From the human T2T-CHM13v2.0 reference genome, Homo sapiens, in the NCBI RefSeq assembly GCF_009914755.1, contig NC_060925.1: a stretch of 64,000 nt of DNA. One strand, given 5' to 3'. Position 1 is the stretch's first letter. Every line of letters begins with the position of its first letter. Below the pieces are notes generated by a model. It was not told the DNA's origin. It did not search any database and worked only from the letters and a program-made list of their open reading frames with translations. Shown here one piece after another: positions 1 through 17,020 of the stretch. The position numbers and the translations under genes were made by a program.

Positions 1-235
<235 letters not shown>

Positions 236-492
236 TTATCTCTTATGATTATGCGTGCAAAAATCCTCAACAAAATACTATGAAACTAAATCCAGCAATG
301 TATAAAAAGAATTGCATACCACGACCAAATGGAATTTATCCTAGGGCTTCAAAGTTGGTTCAACAACGGAAATTATTGTATTAATCGTATTTTAAAATTT
401 TCTGTATATATGAAAAAATATATACATATGTATAGAAGCTTTGAGACATTTGCTTCCCCACATTACCAATCATGATTATGTCATAATTATGA

Positions 493-804
<312 letters not shown>

Positions 805-814
805 GAGTAGCTAA

Positions 815-1781
<967 letters not shown>

Positions 1782-1839
1782 TGATAAAATAGGAATACAT
1801 TTAATGAAAGAAGTACAAACCATACTCTGAAATCGATAT

Positions 1840-2155
<316 letters not shown>

Positions 2156-2291
2156 CGCTATATGACTTTGTTGAAAGAAACTAAGAAACCAGAGACTGAA
2201 AAAACATCCTATGTTCGTGGATCAGAAGACTTAAGGTCATTTGGAAGGCAGTATTCACCAAACTAACATACAGATCCAGTGCAATCCCTAG

Positions 2292-2647
<356 letters not shown>

Positions 2648-2963
2648 TGATGAGCTGCTTCTAAAATTCATATGGATTGCAAAGGACCCATAGTAGCTAA
2701 AACAATCTTGAAAATGAAGAAAAAAGTAGAATTCACACTTCCTGATTTCACAACTTAATACAAACCAACAGTAATGAAGGCAGTGTGGTATTGACAAGGA
2801 CAGACATACAAATTAATAGAATTGAGTCCAAAAATAAACCCTGACATCTATGGTCAGCTGATTTTTCAACAAGGCTGCTAGAACCATCCAATGGGGAAAA
2901 GAAGAGCCTTTTTAAGAAATGATACTGGGAGAATGGGATAGCTATGTGAGAAAGAATGAAATT

Positions 2964-3260
2964 GGCTGGATGCAGTGGCTCACGCCTGTAATCTCAACTC
3001 TTTGGGAGCCTGAGGTAGGGGGATAGCTTGAGGCCAGGAGTTTGAGACCAGCCTGGCAACATAGTGAGACCCTATCTCGATTAAAAACAGAAAAAAAAGT
3101 TGGGCATAGTGGCACATACCTATAGCCCTGGCTATTTTGGAGGCTGAAGTACGGGGAGTACCTGAGCCCAGGAGTTTGAGGTTACAGCGAGCTTTGATCA
3201 CACCACTGCCCCCCAGCCTGGGTGACACAGTGAGGCTCTGTCTCTTAAAAAAAAAAAAAA
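2964..3260 (+). mobile_element. AluJ
   Basis: diverged full dimer. Confidence 0.88.
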
Positions 3261-4493
3261 TGAACTCTTACTATATACAAAATTATCTTGAATTAAAAGC
3301 CTAAACGTAAGAGCTAAAACTATAAAAGCCTTAGGAGAACAGGAGTAAATCTGCATGGCCTTGGATTGGACAAGGGATTCTTAGATATGACATCTAAAGC
3401 AAAGCAAGAAAATTGCCAACATTTAAAATGTTTCTGCTTCAAAGAACACTGAGAATGTGAAAAATACAGTCCACAGAATGGGAGGAAAATTTGCAAATCA
3501 TGTATCTGATAAGGATTCATATTCATAATCTATAAAGATCAGCTCAATAATAAAGATGACCCAGTTTAAAAAATGAGCAAAGAATCTGAATTGATACTTC
3601 TCCAGGAAGATACACAAATACCCCTAAAAAGATGCTTGATATCATTAGTCACTAGAGAAATGTAAATCACAGCCACGACAGGCCACTTCACATCAGCTAG
3701 GATGACTGTAATTGGAAAGTCAGATAACAATTGTTGGCAAGGAGGTGAACAACGTGGAGCCCTCATGTACCGCTGTTGGGAATATATGTTGGCACAGCTG
3801 CTTTGGAGGACAATCTGGGAATATCTCAAATGATGAAACATAGTTACCATATGGCTCAGCAATTCAATGCTGAGGTATATAACCAAGAGAAATGAAAACA
3901 TGCCCACACAAAAACTTGTACACAAATGTGTGTAGCAGTCATTAATAATAGGCAAAATGCAGAACCAACTGAAGTGTCCTTCCACTGATGAACAAAACTT
4001 TGTGTATCCACAAAATAGAATACTGAATATTCACCAGCCATAGAGAATGACGTTTTAATATATGCTGCAACATGGGTGGACCTTGAAAACACGCTGTGTG
4101 AAAGAAGCCAGTCACAAAAGACTATATATGATTCCACTCACAGGAAACTTTTGCCCAGGAAGGGAAATCTGCAGAGCACATTAGTGGTTGCTTAGGGATG
4201 GGAAGTAGGGTAACTAAAAGGTGCAGAAATTCTTAGGTGATGAAATGTTCTGAAATTGACTGTGGTGATTGTTGCACATATTTAAAACCATTGAATTGTA
4301 TACTTTGAATTGTATTACCTCAAAGTTGTTTAAAAGAGATTATGGTGAAAAAGCAGCTAAAATAGTTGTCAGGCACTGTGCTCTGCAATAGACATATTTC
4401 CTCTGTTACAATAGCAATCTTGTGAAGTGTCAAGAGCCCATTTTACAGATAAACTGAGGCCCAGAGAATACACAGTCTGAGAATATATTGCTT

Positions 4494-4741
4494 TATTTTT
4501 ATTTTTGAGACAGAGTCTCACTCTGTCGCCCAGGCTTGGTTCACTGCAGCCTCTGCCTCCCGGATTAAAGCAATTCTCGTGTCTCAGCCTCCCAAGTAGC
4601 TGGGACTACAAGCGTGCGTGACCATACCTGGCTAATTTTTGTATTTTTAGTAGAGATGGGGTTTCACCATGTTGGCCAGGCTGGTCTTGAACTCAGCCTC
4701 CCAAAGTGCTGGGATTACAGGTGTGAGCCACTGTACCCAGC
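4494..4741 (-). mobile_element. Alu with internal deletions
   Basis: both arms shortened. Confidence 0.88.
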
Positions 4742-5020
4742 AATATATTGCTTCTTATCATGAAAGTGCCATAAAGTAGGTTCTCTGATCCCACAATGAA
4801 CATAAGCACTAGATATGGAGTTAGAAAATTAGGCAGTGTCCAGGTCACCTAGGCCCTGTAAACTGCAAAACTTTATTTTTAATAAACTGAAAGGTTTTGA
4901 GCAGAGAGCTCCATGATACTAGTATTTTTCTCTTGCTGCTAGGTAAAGAATGGATTGGGGGTGGCGAGTTCATGTAGGAGGTACTGCAGTTGTCTAGGCA
5001 GGATGATCTGTAACTGTCTA

Positions 5021-5468
5021 CAGTGGTCCCCCCTTGTCTGCAGTTTCACTTTCTGTGGTTTGTTACCAGCAGTCAACCAGAATATGAAAATACAAAATGG
5101 AAAATTCCAGAAATAAACAACTTGTGTTTTAAATTGTGCCACCAGTCTGAGAAGCGTGTGAAAATCTCACGCCATCCCACTGTCCTGCCTGGACGTGAAT
5201 CATCCTTATCTAGCATATCCATGTAGAGCCGCTTAGGAACCATCTTGGTTACCAGATGAGCGTGGTGGCACTGCACTGCTTGTGCCCTTATGTGACTTAA
5301 TCATGCCCCGAAGTACGAGAGTCTGTGACTCATTTATACAGTATCATAGGTATGTACGTACAAGAAAACATGTAGTGTATATACAGGGTTAGGTTCTACC
5401 TGTGGTTTCAGGAATTCACTGGGGGCCTTAGAACATAGCCCCTGTGGGTACAGAGCAAGCACTCACTG
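5021..5468 (+). mobile_element. MER44-like (Tigger family) DNA transposon
   Basis: TA|cagtggtcccccct...cactg|TA termini and internal aaatggaaaattccagaaataaacaa. Confidence 0.8.
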
Positions 5469-6197
5469 TACCTTCAAGCTATCTCCCGAATCCATCCTTC
5501 TTACTCCTTGCTTAGACTATTCTAGTCTGGCAACTTTGGTGGTGAACTTGAATAAAATGCAATCTTTTTGTAAAGGGAACCTAAAGGTTCTGTAAATACA
5601 TGACTGTTTTAGTGCCTAACCCTACAAATCCTTATTTGCAGTTACTCATCCTGGCAATATCAGAGGCCAGTGAAAACGACCGCAGGAATAACCATTTGCA
5701 TTGTTGTTGAAGGTCTGGTTGGGCCAAAGTAGTTAATATACTGGTCACAAATTCATTCTTTGGCATTTTTTGATCAGTTGCCTTAGAAGCCATGCTACTT
5801 TAGAAGCCTTAAATAGCAGCTACACTTAAAGTTACCTACTTATACATGCAACTGGAGTTACATAATTACATAGCTGTGCCCAGCTGTTGAAATACTTTCC
5901 ACAATATAGATGAATACAGAGGCACAGGACAGACAGAACTGATACCAACTGAAGATGTACAAAGTAATATTGATAATGGTAAAAGCAGCAAGTTGTAGAA
6001 GTGGGCGGGGCGGGGCGGGGGGAAGACCTCATATAAGGTCAATCCATTGTAGCCCATTCAGGACCAGGTCTTTGCATGTTGTTCTGTCAAGCAAGTCTTG
6101 ATCGACCTTTGACAAAGCCTTTATAGTCCTCTCAAATGCTTCTATCTACATCTAGGAAGCCTTCAAGATCTATCCAGGCAGAATTAACTATACTTGA

Positions 6198-6400
6198 TCT
6201 GAGTATATTGTTTCCCTTACTACTATGATACTAAGTATCTGAGTATTGTTTCCCTTACTACGATACTAAGTATCTTTCTGAGTACATTGTTTACCTTACT
6301 ACTGATACTAAGTATCTTTCTGAGTATATCATTTACCTTACTATGATACTAAGTATCTCTCTGAGTACATTGTTTACCTTACTACTATGATACTAAGCAC
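6198..6400. repeat. ~41-bp minisatellite x5 with internal palindrome GATACT-A-AGTATC
   Basis: repeated tctgagta(c/t)attgttt(a/c)ccttact...gatactaagtatc. Confidence 0.9.
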
Positions 6401-6512
6401 CTTAGTTTAACCAATGCTTTGATCATCAGATACATGGTTGCTACAAGGTCCGAGAATATCATTCATGCGCTATCCTAAAATGTTGTAGCAACACATTTTA
6501 ATGAGCAGTGTT

Positions 6513-6518
6513 TTTATT
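6513..6518 (-). terminator. distal polyadenylation signal AATAAA
   Basis: tttatt on +, with ATTAAA and a TGTGTTG tract just downstream on the transcript. Confidence 0.65.
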
Positions 6519-7953
6519 CAAGCTATATAAAGACATTTATACGTAAGTACATACATTCATTTAAAATATATGTAAAGTTCATTTAGAACAGGCAATTTGT
6601 TTGCTTATGATCTACATTCACGGAGGGGGGAAAAAAAGTACACTTATTAAAAACAGGTACCACACATCTATATTCACCAAATTGCGTTGGTTTAAAAAAG
6701 TATTAACTTGACATACGTTGCATCCATGTTTATTGTGCTACTTGCGCAAAGGAATTGTTTACTGAATTATGTTTAGCTCTTTATTCATTTAACAAGTTCA
6801 TTTAAATAAGTTCAATATTCCATAAATGACAAGCAGCTTAAATACAAGTTTGATAACTATCATTAAAAAAGTAATAAAATCAAAGTCAGTGAAATTTTCA
6901 ACAAGGCAGCGTAACATCCATCACTAACCTGACTAAAAGGCCGCACTCGCACTGCTTTCACACTGTCAACACTTTGCGTAGGCATTTTCACCAATTTCTC
7001 ATTATCTGTATTATTTGGTAGAAAAATAAATGCAGAAAGCACACTGCATATGCTTCACATTAAAATATTAAAAGCCCACGAAAGCAGTTCGTTTCTAGAT
7101 AATCAATTATTAATAGTCCATTCATTACACACTATCGATTACCTGTTATAAATTATTTTACAACACTTATTTATTGATGAGTGTTAGAGCCTACATCAAG
7201 TACCATTGCTTAATTGCACACAGTTGTACTGTAGAGAACAGGGCGTGTGTTGTTTTTCTCCTTTTCTACATCTACTCACTCTCTCCCAACCTCAATAATC
7301 TGTGCCTGAGGTCCTGTGAGAATTTGCCAGTTTTAAAACCTGAATATTAAGGGATTTCTGTGGTTCAATAGCAAGCTCCTTCACAGCAATATTATAAAAA
7401 TTTGTTCAGACATCTCATCCTATCAATATTAGGCACATACAAGATGCACTCAATATCCATAAACAGATTTATTTTACATTTCCCTTTGTCAAACCCTTTG
7501 ATAAGGTTGCAAGTGAGCAGTGAACCGGTCAATCTAACCTGGATTAGTCTTTGACTAATTAAGACTTTAAAGAGCCTTTAAGCTTGCCGAATAAGAGATG
7601 CCAACATTATAGTTAACCAATACTTGGATTATTCATTTGAGGTAGATTACACAAAATTTGTGAAACTACAAAGATGGCAAAATGACATGCCCATAATTCA
7701 ATTTTAACATAGTAACAGCCAAAAACAAAAAAATACATTTTCTGATTAGAAATCTGAATCACAGAATCAAAGTGCATAAATTATAAAATAGTAACTGTAA
7801 AAAGAAATATCAATACTTCAATCATCCCCATTTTAAGACTGGTCTAGTATTTTAATTATAGAGAAAATGAGACCAATGAGCATATAAAACTATTTAAACA
7901 GATATCCCCTCCCTTTCAAAAATCCAAGACACAAACGACTGTGAAGTATACAT

Positions 7954-7959
7954 TTTATT
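7954..7959 (-). terminator. proximal polyadenylation signal AATAAA
   Basis: tttatt on +; downstream GU-rich tract GTCGTTTGTGTCTTGG on the transcript; UGUA upstream. Confidence 0.65.
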
Positions 7960-8203
7960 TAACATTCCATTAATAAGCCATATTTACATATATAAATGTA
8001 TGAAGTCTTAATATAAAATAGAAAAATTGCCTGGACTGAAACAATCACTCCATATGGAGTTACTTTACTTATTGAAGACCTTCTGTTTACATAAAAATTT
8101 ACAATAATTTATATAAATTATTTTCTTCCAAACTAGATATTTAATAATCCACACTATTCTGATGACTTTACAAATAGGTGTACATTAAAATCTTCCCAAG
8201 AAA

Positions 8204-8396
8204 TTACAGCATTTTTCTGCGTAAAATTTGCTTTGGATAGGAAGACAGTTTCTTTCTGTTCCTTCCAAGACCTGTTCCTGTCACTTCTGTAGTTTTTCTT
8301 GGTTTGCTCTTGACTCCGTCAGCTGGGCTAGCCAAGGGGGAAATCAGCCGAATTTCTATGGGAGGAGGTGACCAAGCACTTTCTTTTTCTGTGTTT
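8204..8396 (-). CDS. AHCTF1: ELYS last coding exon, [13 protein letters not shown]...[11 protein letters not shown]
   Basis: T-run CAG| acceptor; TAA stop at 8206-8204; basic C-terminus. Confidence 0.95.
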
Positions 8397-9088
8397 CTGA
8401 AAAAAAAAGATATGATCAAGTAAGAATAAACACATTATGCTATAAAATAAAATTGGCTTCCCAACATGTTGAGAAAAACCTTAGGGATTGCTTAGTGCTT
8501 TCATTTTATAAAAGATGTAATGGTTTCAAGGGAACTGAAGTGAAGCTTTAAGTCATATAAGCTAATCAGAAGCAGAGTTCAGGTTTCATTAAGGGGAATT
8601 TTTTCATTTTCGATCAGAATATTTACAAACAATTATTCAATTACTGAATTTTCCTCTAAATGTTTCAAATGTATGAAAAAATACTGCTGGATTACAAGGA
8701 CGGGCCGAGTACCAGTTGTCAGCCCAGGGGATGACAGCCCCGCAGGCCCATGTGGCATGTCAGAAATGTCAATGATCAAACACAGCAATTAGCAAAGATG
8801 CACAGAATTTCACAAACTTGAGTTTCTCACATAGATACGCCAGTTTATATGTAAACAGTGGTATTAGCCATAGTGTCTTAAATAAAATGCATTCACGTGT
8901 GCTTTTATTGAATTCAACCATGCCTACTAAGCACAGCATAAACAAGATACTGTGTAACAAATACATCTGAAATGGAGTGATCTTCCCATGCATGCAGTTT
9001 TAGTGCTTTCTGTAAAATAATTGCAGGATTTTAAAGTGTATAATTGTTTTTTACTAATAGTTACCTAACTTTCCTGACAAAGAGGTAA

Positions 9089-9537
<449 letters not shown>

Positions 9538-9568
9538 TAAAGAAATCCACCTTCAGCAGTGAAATCTA

Positions 9569-10053
<485 letters not shown>

Positions 10054-10092
10054 AATCAATCAATCAATCAAGAACAGAACAGAAAGTCATAC

Positions 10093-10175
10093 TTGCTTGC
10101 TTGTTTTGTTTTTGACGTCCTGATTCGTTTCGCTTTTGGCTTTCCCACAGTTTCTACTGATTGTGCATCATCTTT
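10093..10175 (-). CDS. AHCTF1: ELYS penultimate exon, KDDAQSVETVGKPKAKRIRTSKTKQAS
   Basis: CCCATAG| acceptor, |GTATG donor, 83 nt, phase 0 to 2. Confidence 0.92.
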
Positions 10176-11196
10176 CTATGGGTTAAACATTTTAAAAGGT
10201 TAAGTATTAAACACGAATCCAATTTTAAAACTTCTATCCTGAGACAAGGAATACTATAGCCAAACACTGCTGATGAATTCAAACTCGCCAAATGCAAAAT
10301 TGACTCCTTTTCTCATACCTTTTAGTAGAAACCTTAGTTATGCAGGCCTGTTCTTTATTCCTCATTCCTACAATTCAACTAATCTCCAAGTTATCATCAG
10401 TTTTATTTTTGAACGTTTCCACTGTCTACTGCCCTTCTGTACCCACTCCCTTTGTCCAGATCCAGGCTCTCACTTTCTAAGAAGTAGACAACCAGAGACT
10501 ATTGTTTCCTACCCACATTTCATCTTTCATAGAGACTACCTGTAATACACACATGGCTATTCACAATGAACACTCCTCATCTGCCTGCCATTGCCATGCT
10601 CTGAGCCTTTGCGTCTGCCATTTACTCTGTTGGGAGGAATGCCTGTCTCCTCTAACCTCGGTCTATAAAGTATTTGAAGTAATTGTTTTCATCTCTTCAA
10701 TGAAACTGTGTATCTCAGTTGAACTGTAGGTGCCTGACAGACAAGGAATTTGCCTGAATTATTCTTGTGTAATTTGCCCTTGCAGAGTAGCAGACTCATG
10801 GCAGATAATTCAATAAATGCTTATGAATTAACATTTATAAACTTAAGGGACTCGCACTCAATCCCTCAACTATTTCTTTAAAAAACACCCAGGTAATTCT
10901 GATGGACACTAGAATTTAAAAACCCTTCCACAAACAGGTAATTTAAACTGTAACTGCTGGTAAAATATGATCAGTAGCATACCACAGATGTGTCTTAAAG
11001 GTAGGAGGCCTCCAAAGGGGTGGATACGACCATTTTTGGCTTTTGGTATGCATGACTGTTATCTTTAAGACATTTATTTAAATAATAAACAAAATTTAAA
11101 ATCATTAAAATTTAAATAAAATAATTTTATTAAAACATTTGTTTAAAAAAAAAGTATGTTTTAACAAACATACAAATAAAATCATGCATTTCTTAC

Positions 11197-11330
11197 CAGT
11201 TCATCTTCAAGCTTGTTCTTATTGGATGTGTTTTTTTGTCTGCTCCTTAAAGCAGGAGGTGAGATGACAAACTGAGAAGATAAATCCGAAACTAATTCTT
11301 TCAGCTGTGCAGGAACCTCTATTTTTTTAG
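11197..11330 (-). CDS. AHCTF1: ELYS coding exon, [14 protein letters not shown]...NKLEDEL
   Basis: TTTTTTTAG| acceptor, |GTAAG donor, 134 nt. Confidence 0.93.
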
Positions 11331-11841
11331 CTAAAAAAAGTTGAAAAAACTGTATCTGTATCTTTATATATGTGTGTATATATATAAACACAATAAAAAC
11401 CTGGAACAAATTATGTGTTTTAGAAAGATGCAAACGTCCCCAAACCTGGAAACCATTAGTATTGCAACCTAAGTATCCATGTTGGCAGAGAAACGACAGA
11501 AAAATCCCAGCATCATTTGGGTAAGCCAAATGTGTAGGACGATTGAATGCTTCAAACTAAAAAGTGCTACAATATAAAGACAGGCCATGAAAGCAGGTAC
11601 AGAACTGTTTAGTCTATTTCTTTTAATCCGTACTGCTCCTCAAGCATTCTGGGGAGGGAAAGCATTAATCCTATATGTAACCTGAGCTAGTCTGTGCCAT
11701 AACTACTGCTATTGCAGAGACGTTATTTACAAAGTAGGTTTTTTATTTTCAAAAAAGAGAAAATCTTTCTAGCCACCTCATTTTGAACTACTTGTTCCAG
11801 CCAAAGGAACAGAAAAGTTCATCTCCACAAAAGGAGAAAGT

Positions 11842-12118
<277 letters not shown>

Positions 12119-12269
12119 CTAACAGGAAGATATTCCATAGAAAAATAAAAATGGTTTAAACAACAATTGGTTTAAAATAAGGAATTAAAAGCATTTACCA
12201 CACAGACTTTTTTTTTTTTTTTTAACTATAGGGCCCCCATATTAAAAGCAATTATCAATATAATTACAG

Positions 12270-12480
12270 ACGAGCACAGTTCAGTTTAACCAGTCTGCCG
12301 GAGTAAATCCCAGCTTCTGGACTTACTGTGAGACCAGAATCAAGTAACTTAAACCTGTCTGTGCATCAGTTTCTATAAAATAGGGTTAATAGTAGCATCT
12401 ATCTCAAAGTTGTTCTGAGGATGAAAGAAGCAGAACAATGTGTGGCAGGGTAGGTGGTAAGTGCTCTACAGATGTTTGCA
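12270..12480 (+). mobile_element. MIR
   Basis: MIR core-like caagtaacttaaacctgtctgtgcatcagtttctataaaataggg...gttgttctgaggatgaaa. Confidence 0.65.
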
Positions 12481-12600
12481 TTTGTTATTTCAAGAATATC
12501 ATTTACAAACCCTTGAAATAAAATCACAGTTCATGTTACTTCAGCTACTGGGATAGTCAAGAGTTCTATCAAATTCTGCTTTTCGAGCATGATTCTTTAA

Positions 12601-12753
12601 AAAAATGTTTTTTGTGGGTACACAGTAGGTGTATATATAAAAATGTTTTTTGTGGGTACACAGTAGGTGTATATATAAAAATGTTTTCTGTGGGTACACA
12701 GTAGGTGTATATATAAAAATGTTTTTTGTGGGTACACAGTAGGTGTATATATA
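12601..12753. repeat. 38-bp tandem repeat x4
   Basis: gggtacacagtagg at 12616, 12654, 12692, 12730. Confidence 0.95.
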
Positions 12754-14114
12754 AGCATATGATTCTTAAAAAAAAGAAAAATAGAGTTGATATCAGATAT
12801 CAGAAATATATAATCTCTGCTCCCAGCTTGTAAATGGCAGAAATGGCAATGGCTAGGTCTACTGGTGGTCTCTCTCTTGGCTTCAAGAAACAGATGAACA
12901 AAAGTATTTCTACGAAAATTATACATTCTATAACTCCCTTCTAGGCTACCTGAAAAAACAATTTATTTCACTTTTCGTAATCTTCACCTAAGCTTTCCTA
13001 CTCCATTTCAAATATATAAGGAAATACAAAAATATACTATCACATGCAAAAATAGCCTCCACCATTTTTTCCATGTGCTTCTATTATAGCACAGATGAGA
13101 CTTTCTTGAGTGTATGTCAATTCTTTACCCATCTCTTGTTTTGAGGATTAAGGAGTTCAAAAGGCCTAGGTTCAAACCCAACTGTGTCCTAGCAAATGAC
13201 TCTGGAAATTCAAAGAGAGCTCTGATTTGCAGCATTTGCTGATTTCTAAGGTATAAATGTGCCTCCTGTGGCCAATGCAAACCATGGCTGGGTTACAAGT
13301 TCTTGGATATTTAACAATTGGCTCTTACCAGCCAGTAGTAGCAGTAGTAGCTCTAGAACAACACATCTTACTTATTCCCTGGGTGATGTGAGTGCACAGT
13401 CTCAATGAACTTCAGTTTCCTCAATGAGGACAGAAGGAAGTAAAAGTACCTACACTTTACTGGGTTGAAGTGGGAATCAAACGATATATGAATGTCATGT
13501 ATCTAGTATGGCCTTAGGTATATAGCAGGCCCTTCTTAATATCTGCTGTATGAAATGTGAAGTTTCATATTCATTTAGTAAAACACAAAATTCTAAGATA
13601 ATTTCTTCGCTATGTTTCAATAAAATAAAGGACCACCTCTAGCCTTCCAATCATATAGTATACCTATACCCAGTCTTCTCGGCACCTGCATCCCTATGTA
13701 AAAACGAAGTTTAGAATATAAATAGGCACAAGGGACAGAAAGTATGGTAACAGTATAAAGGGCAGAGGAAGACAGGAAGCTATGTCCTAGAGTGGTCATT
13801 GCTTTGTTAAAGGAGTGAATACTCATAAGAACCCCTGTAAGGTATGCACTACCACATTCATTCTAGGAGGAGGAAACAAGGCTCATAAAGGTTAAATGAT
13901 TTTCTGCCCAGCTAGTAAGTGGCAGAAATGAGAGATCTCAATCCCAAGTTTCTTATCCCTTCCAATCCCATCATCTCATTCTAGCAGGTGCCTATTTTTA
14001 ATATTAAAAAATCTGAAAGCAATTCAAATACCCAACAGAAGAGGGTTTAAACAATCTGTGGCACATTTGTGAGATGAAATGCCAATATGAAAAAAAAAGA
14101 AATATTACGTTTAA

Positions 14115-15124
<1,010 letters not shown>

Positions 15125-15511
15125 TAGTTTAACAGAAAAAAGTTAAAATTAGTAGGTACAGAAATGAAAAATAGGTAAAGATGACAAAAATCAGAATTAC
15201 TGAGATGTTTGCTAAGCTCTAACAAAATAACTCTCACTTTTGGTGGTTACTATATTCCTCCAGGTCCTGAGGAGTGTATAAGTTATGTGAATGACTTCCT
15301 GCCACTCCCTGCCAATAAAATGTTTTTCATTTTAACTTTTTAATAAAACCTTAATAAAATGAACTTAAAAAAAGTTGGCTAAAATATCACACATTCTGTC
15401 ATTTCATTCTCCTCCATGCAAAACATAGGTCTAACCACACTTTTCTAACACTGTGAAGAAATTAAGTTATACTACCAAAATCGAAGATCCAATTAAAAAT
15501 TTTCTGAGTGA

Positions 15512-15902
<391 letters not shown>

Positions 15903-15986
15903 AAGTCATCTACTTTATTTATAAGGTCCTGAACTGCTTTGCTGAAATTCAAATATTAAACTGTAACTTAAATAGTCAACTACATG

Positions 15987-16275
<289 letters not shown>

Positions 16276-17020
16276 CTACATTTTGTTTACCTAACCATTA
16301 ACACTTTTACAGAGAGTTACTCTGATGGGATCTATTCAGCCACACCAGTGTCTTAACTTTTTAGACATGTTTAAAGCACCCCCTATTAAAATTTTATTAC
16401 TGCAGATATATTGTATATCTGTTTGTATTCTTAATGCATATATGTGCTCCCTTTGGGGAGAGATCACCCCTGTTGAGAAGCTCTGACCTACACCAACCAA
16501 ATACAGTCCTTAGCTCGTGACAATGAAGGATGGCCTCACTGAAGATGAGGGCATGTAGATGCGCCAGTTTGTGGGCAATAGTGAATATGGATTGAAATAA
16601 TTTCTGTATCTTAGTAAAAAGCTACTGGTGTTTCCCTTCAAAACAATTTCGGGTTGTGGATATCACTGGGGTGTGAGCCAAATGCAGCAGTACATGGGAG
16701 ATTAAAAATATTGACTATTTTGGAAGAAACTTAATTAAAAGTCACTTATAATTTATAAAACTCACAGAAGAGAAATTACACTATTCTAAAAAATAAATCT
16801 GTTACGTGAGTTACAGGATTTAAGTCATGTTAACCATACTGAATAACTGAACTCAAACTTTGAAACATGAAACCTTTAAACTTTACTACTAAAAGATCAA
16901 TTTTGGTTTGAGGGGGGAAGGGGAAAAATTCCCTATAAAACCATTTTTAGGACAAATAACCAAATTTTAAGCTGAAGAGTGACTGAGATGAAAAACTGTT
17001 TTGCAGAGAAAGAAAAGTAC

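Larger units (their letters stand above)
6496..8203 (-). other. AHCTF1: AHCTF1 3' UTR (long form); distal end approximate
   Basis: AU-rich sequence after the stop with no recognisable repeats; multiple AATAAA; end inferred about 17 nt past the last AATAAA. Confidence 0.7.

Noticed and set aside
6198-6400. CRISPR-like appearance (palindromic repeats at regular spacing)
   Set aside because: The intervening sequences are copies of each other rather than unique spacers; no cas genes; primate genomic context
12597-12926. 109-aa ORF with repeated YTPTVYPQKTF
   Set aside because: Artefact of the 38-bp tandem repeat
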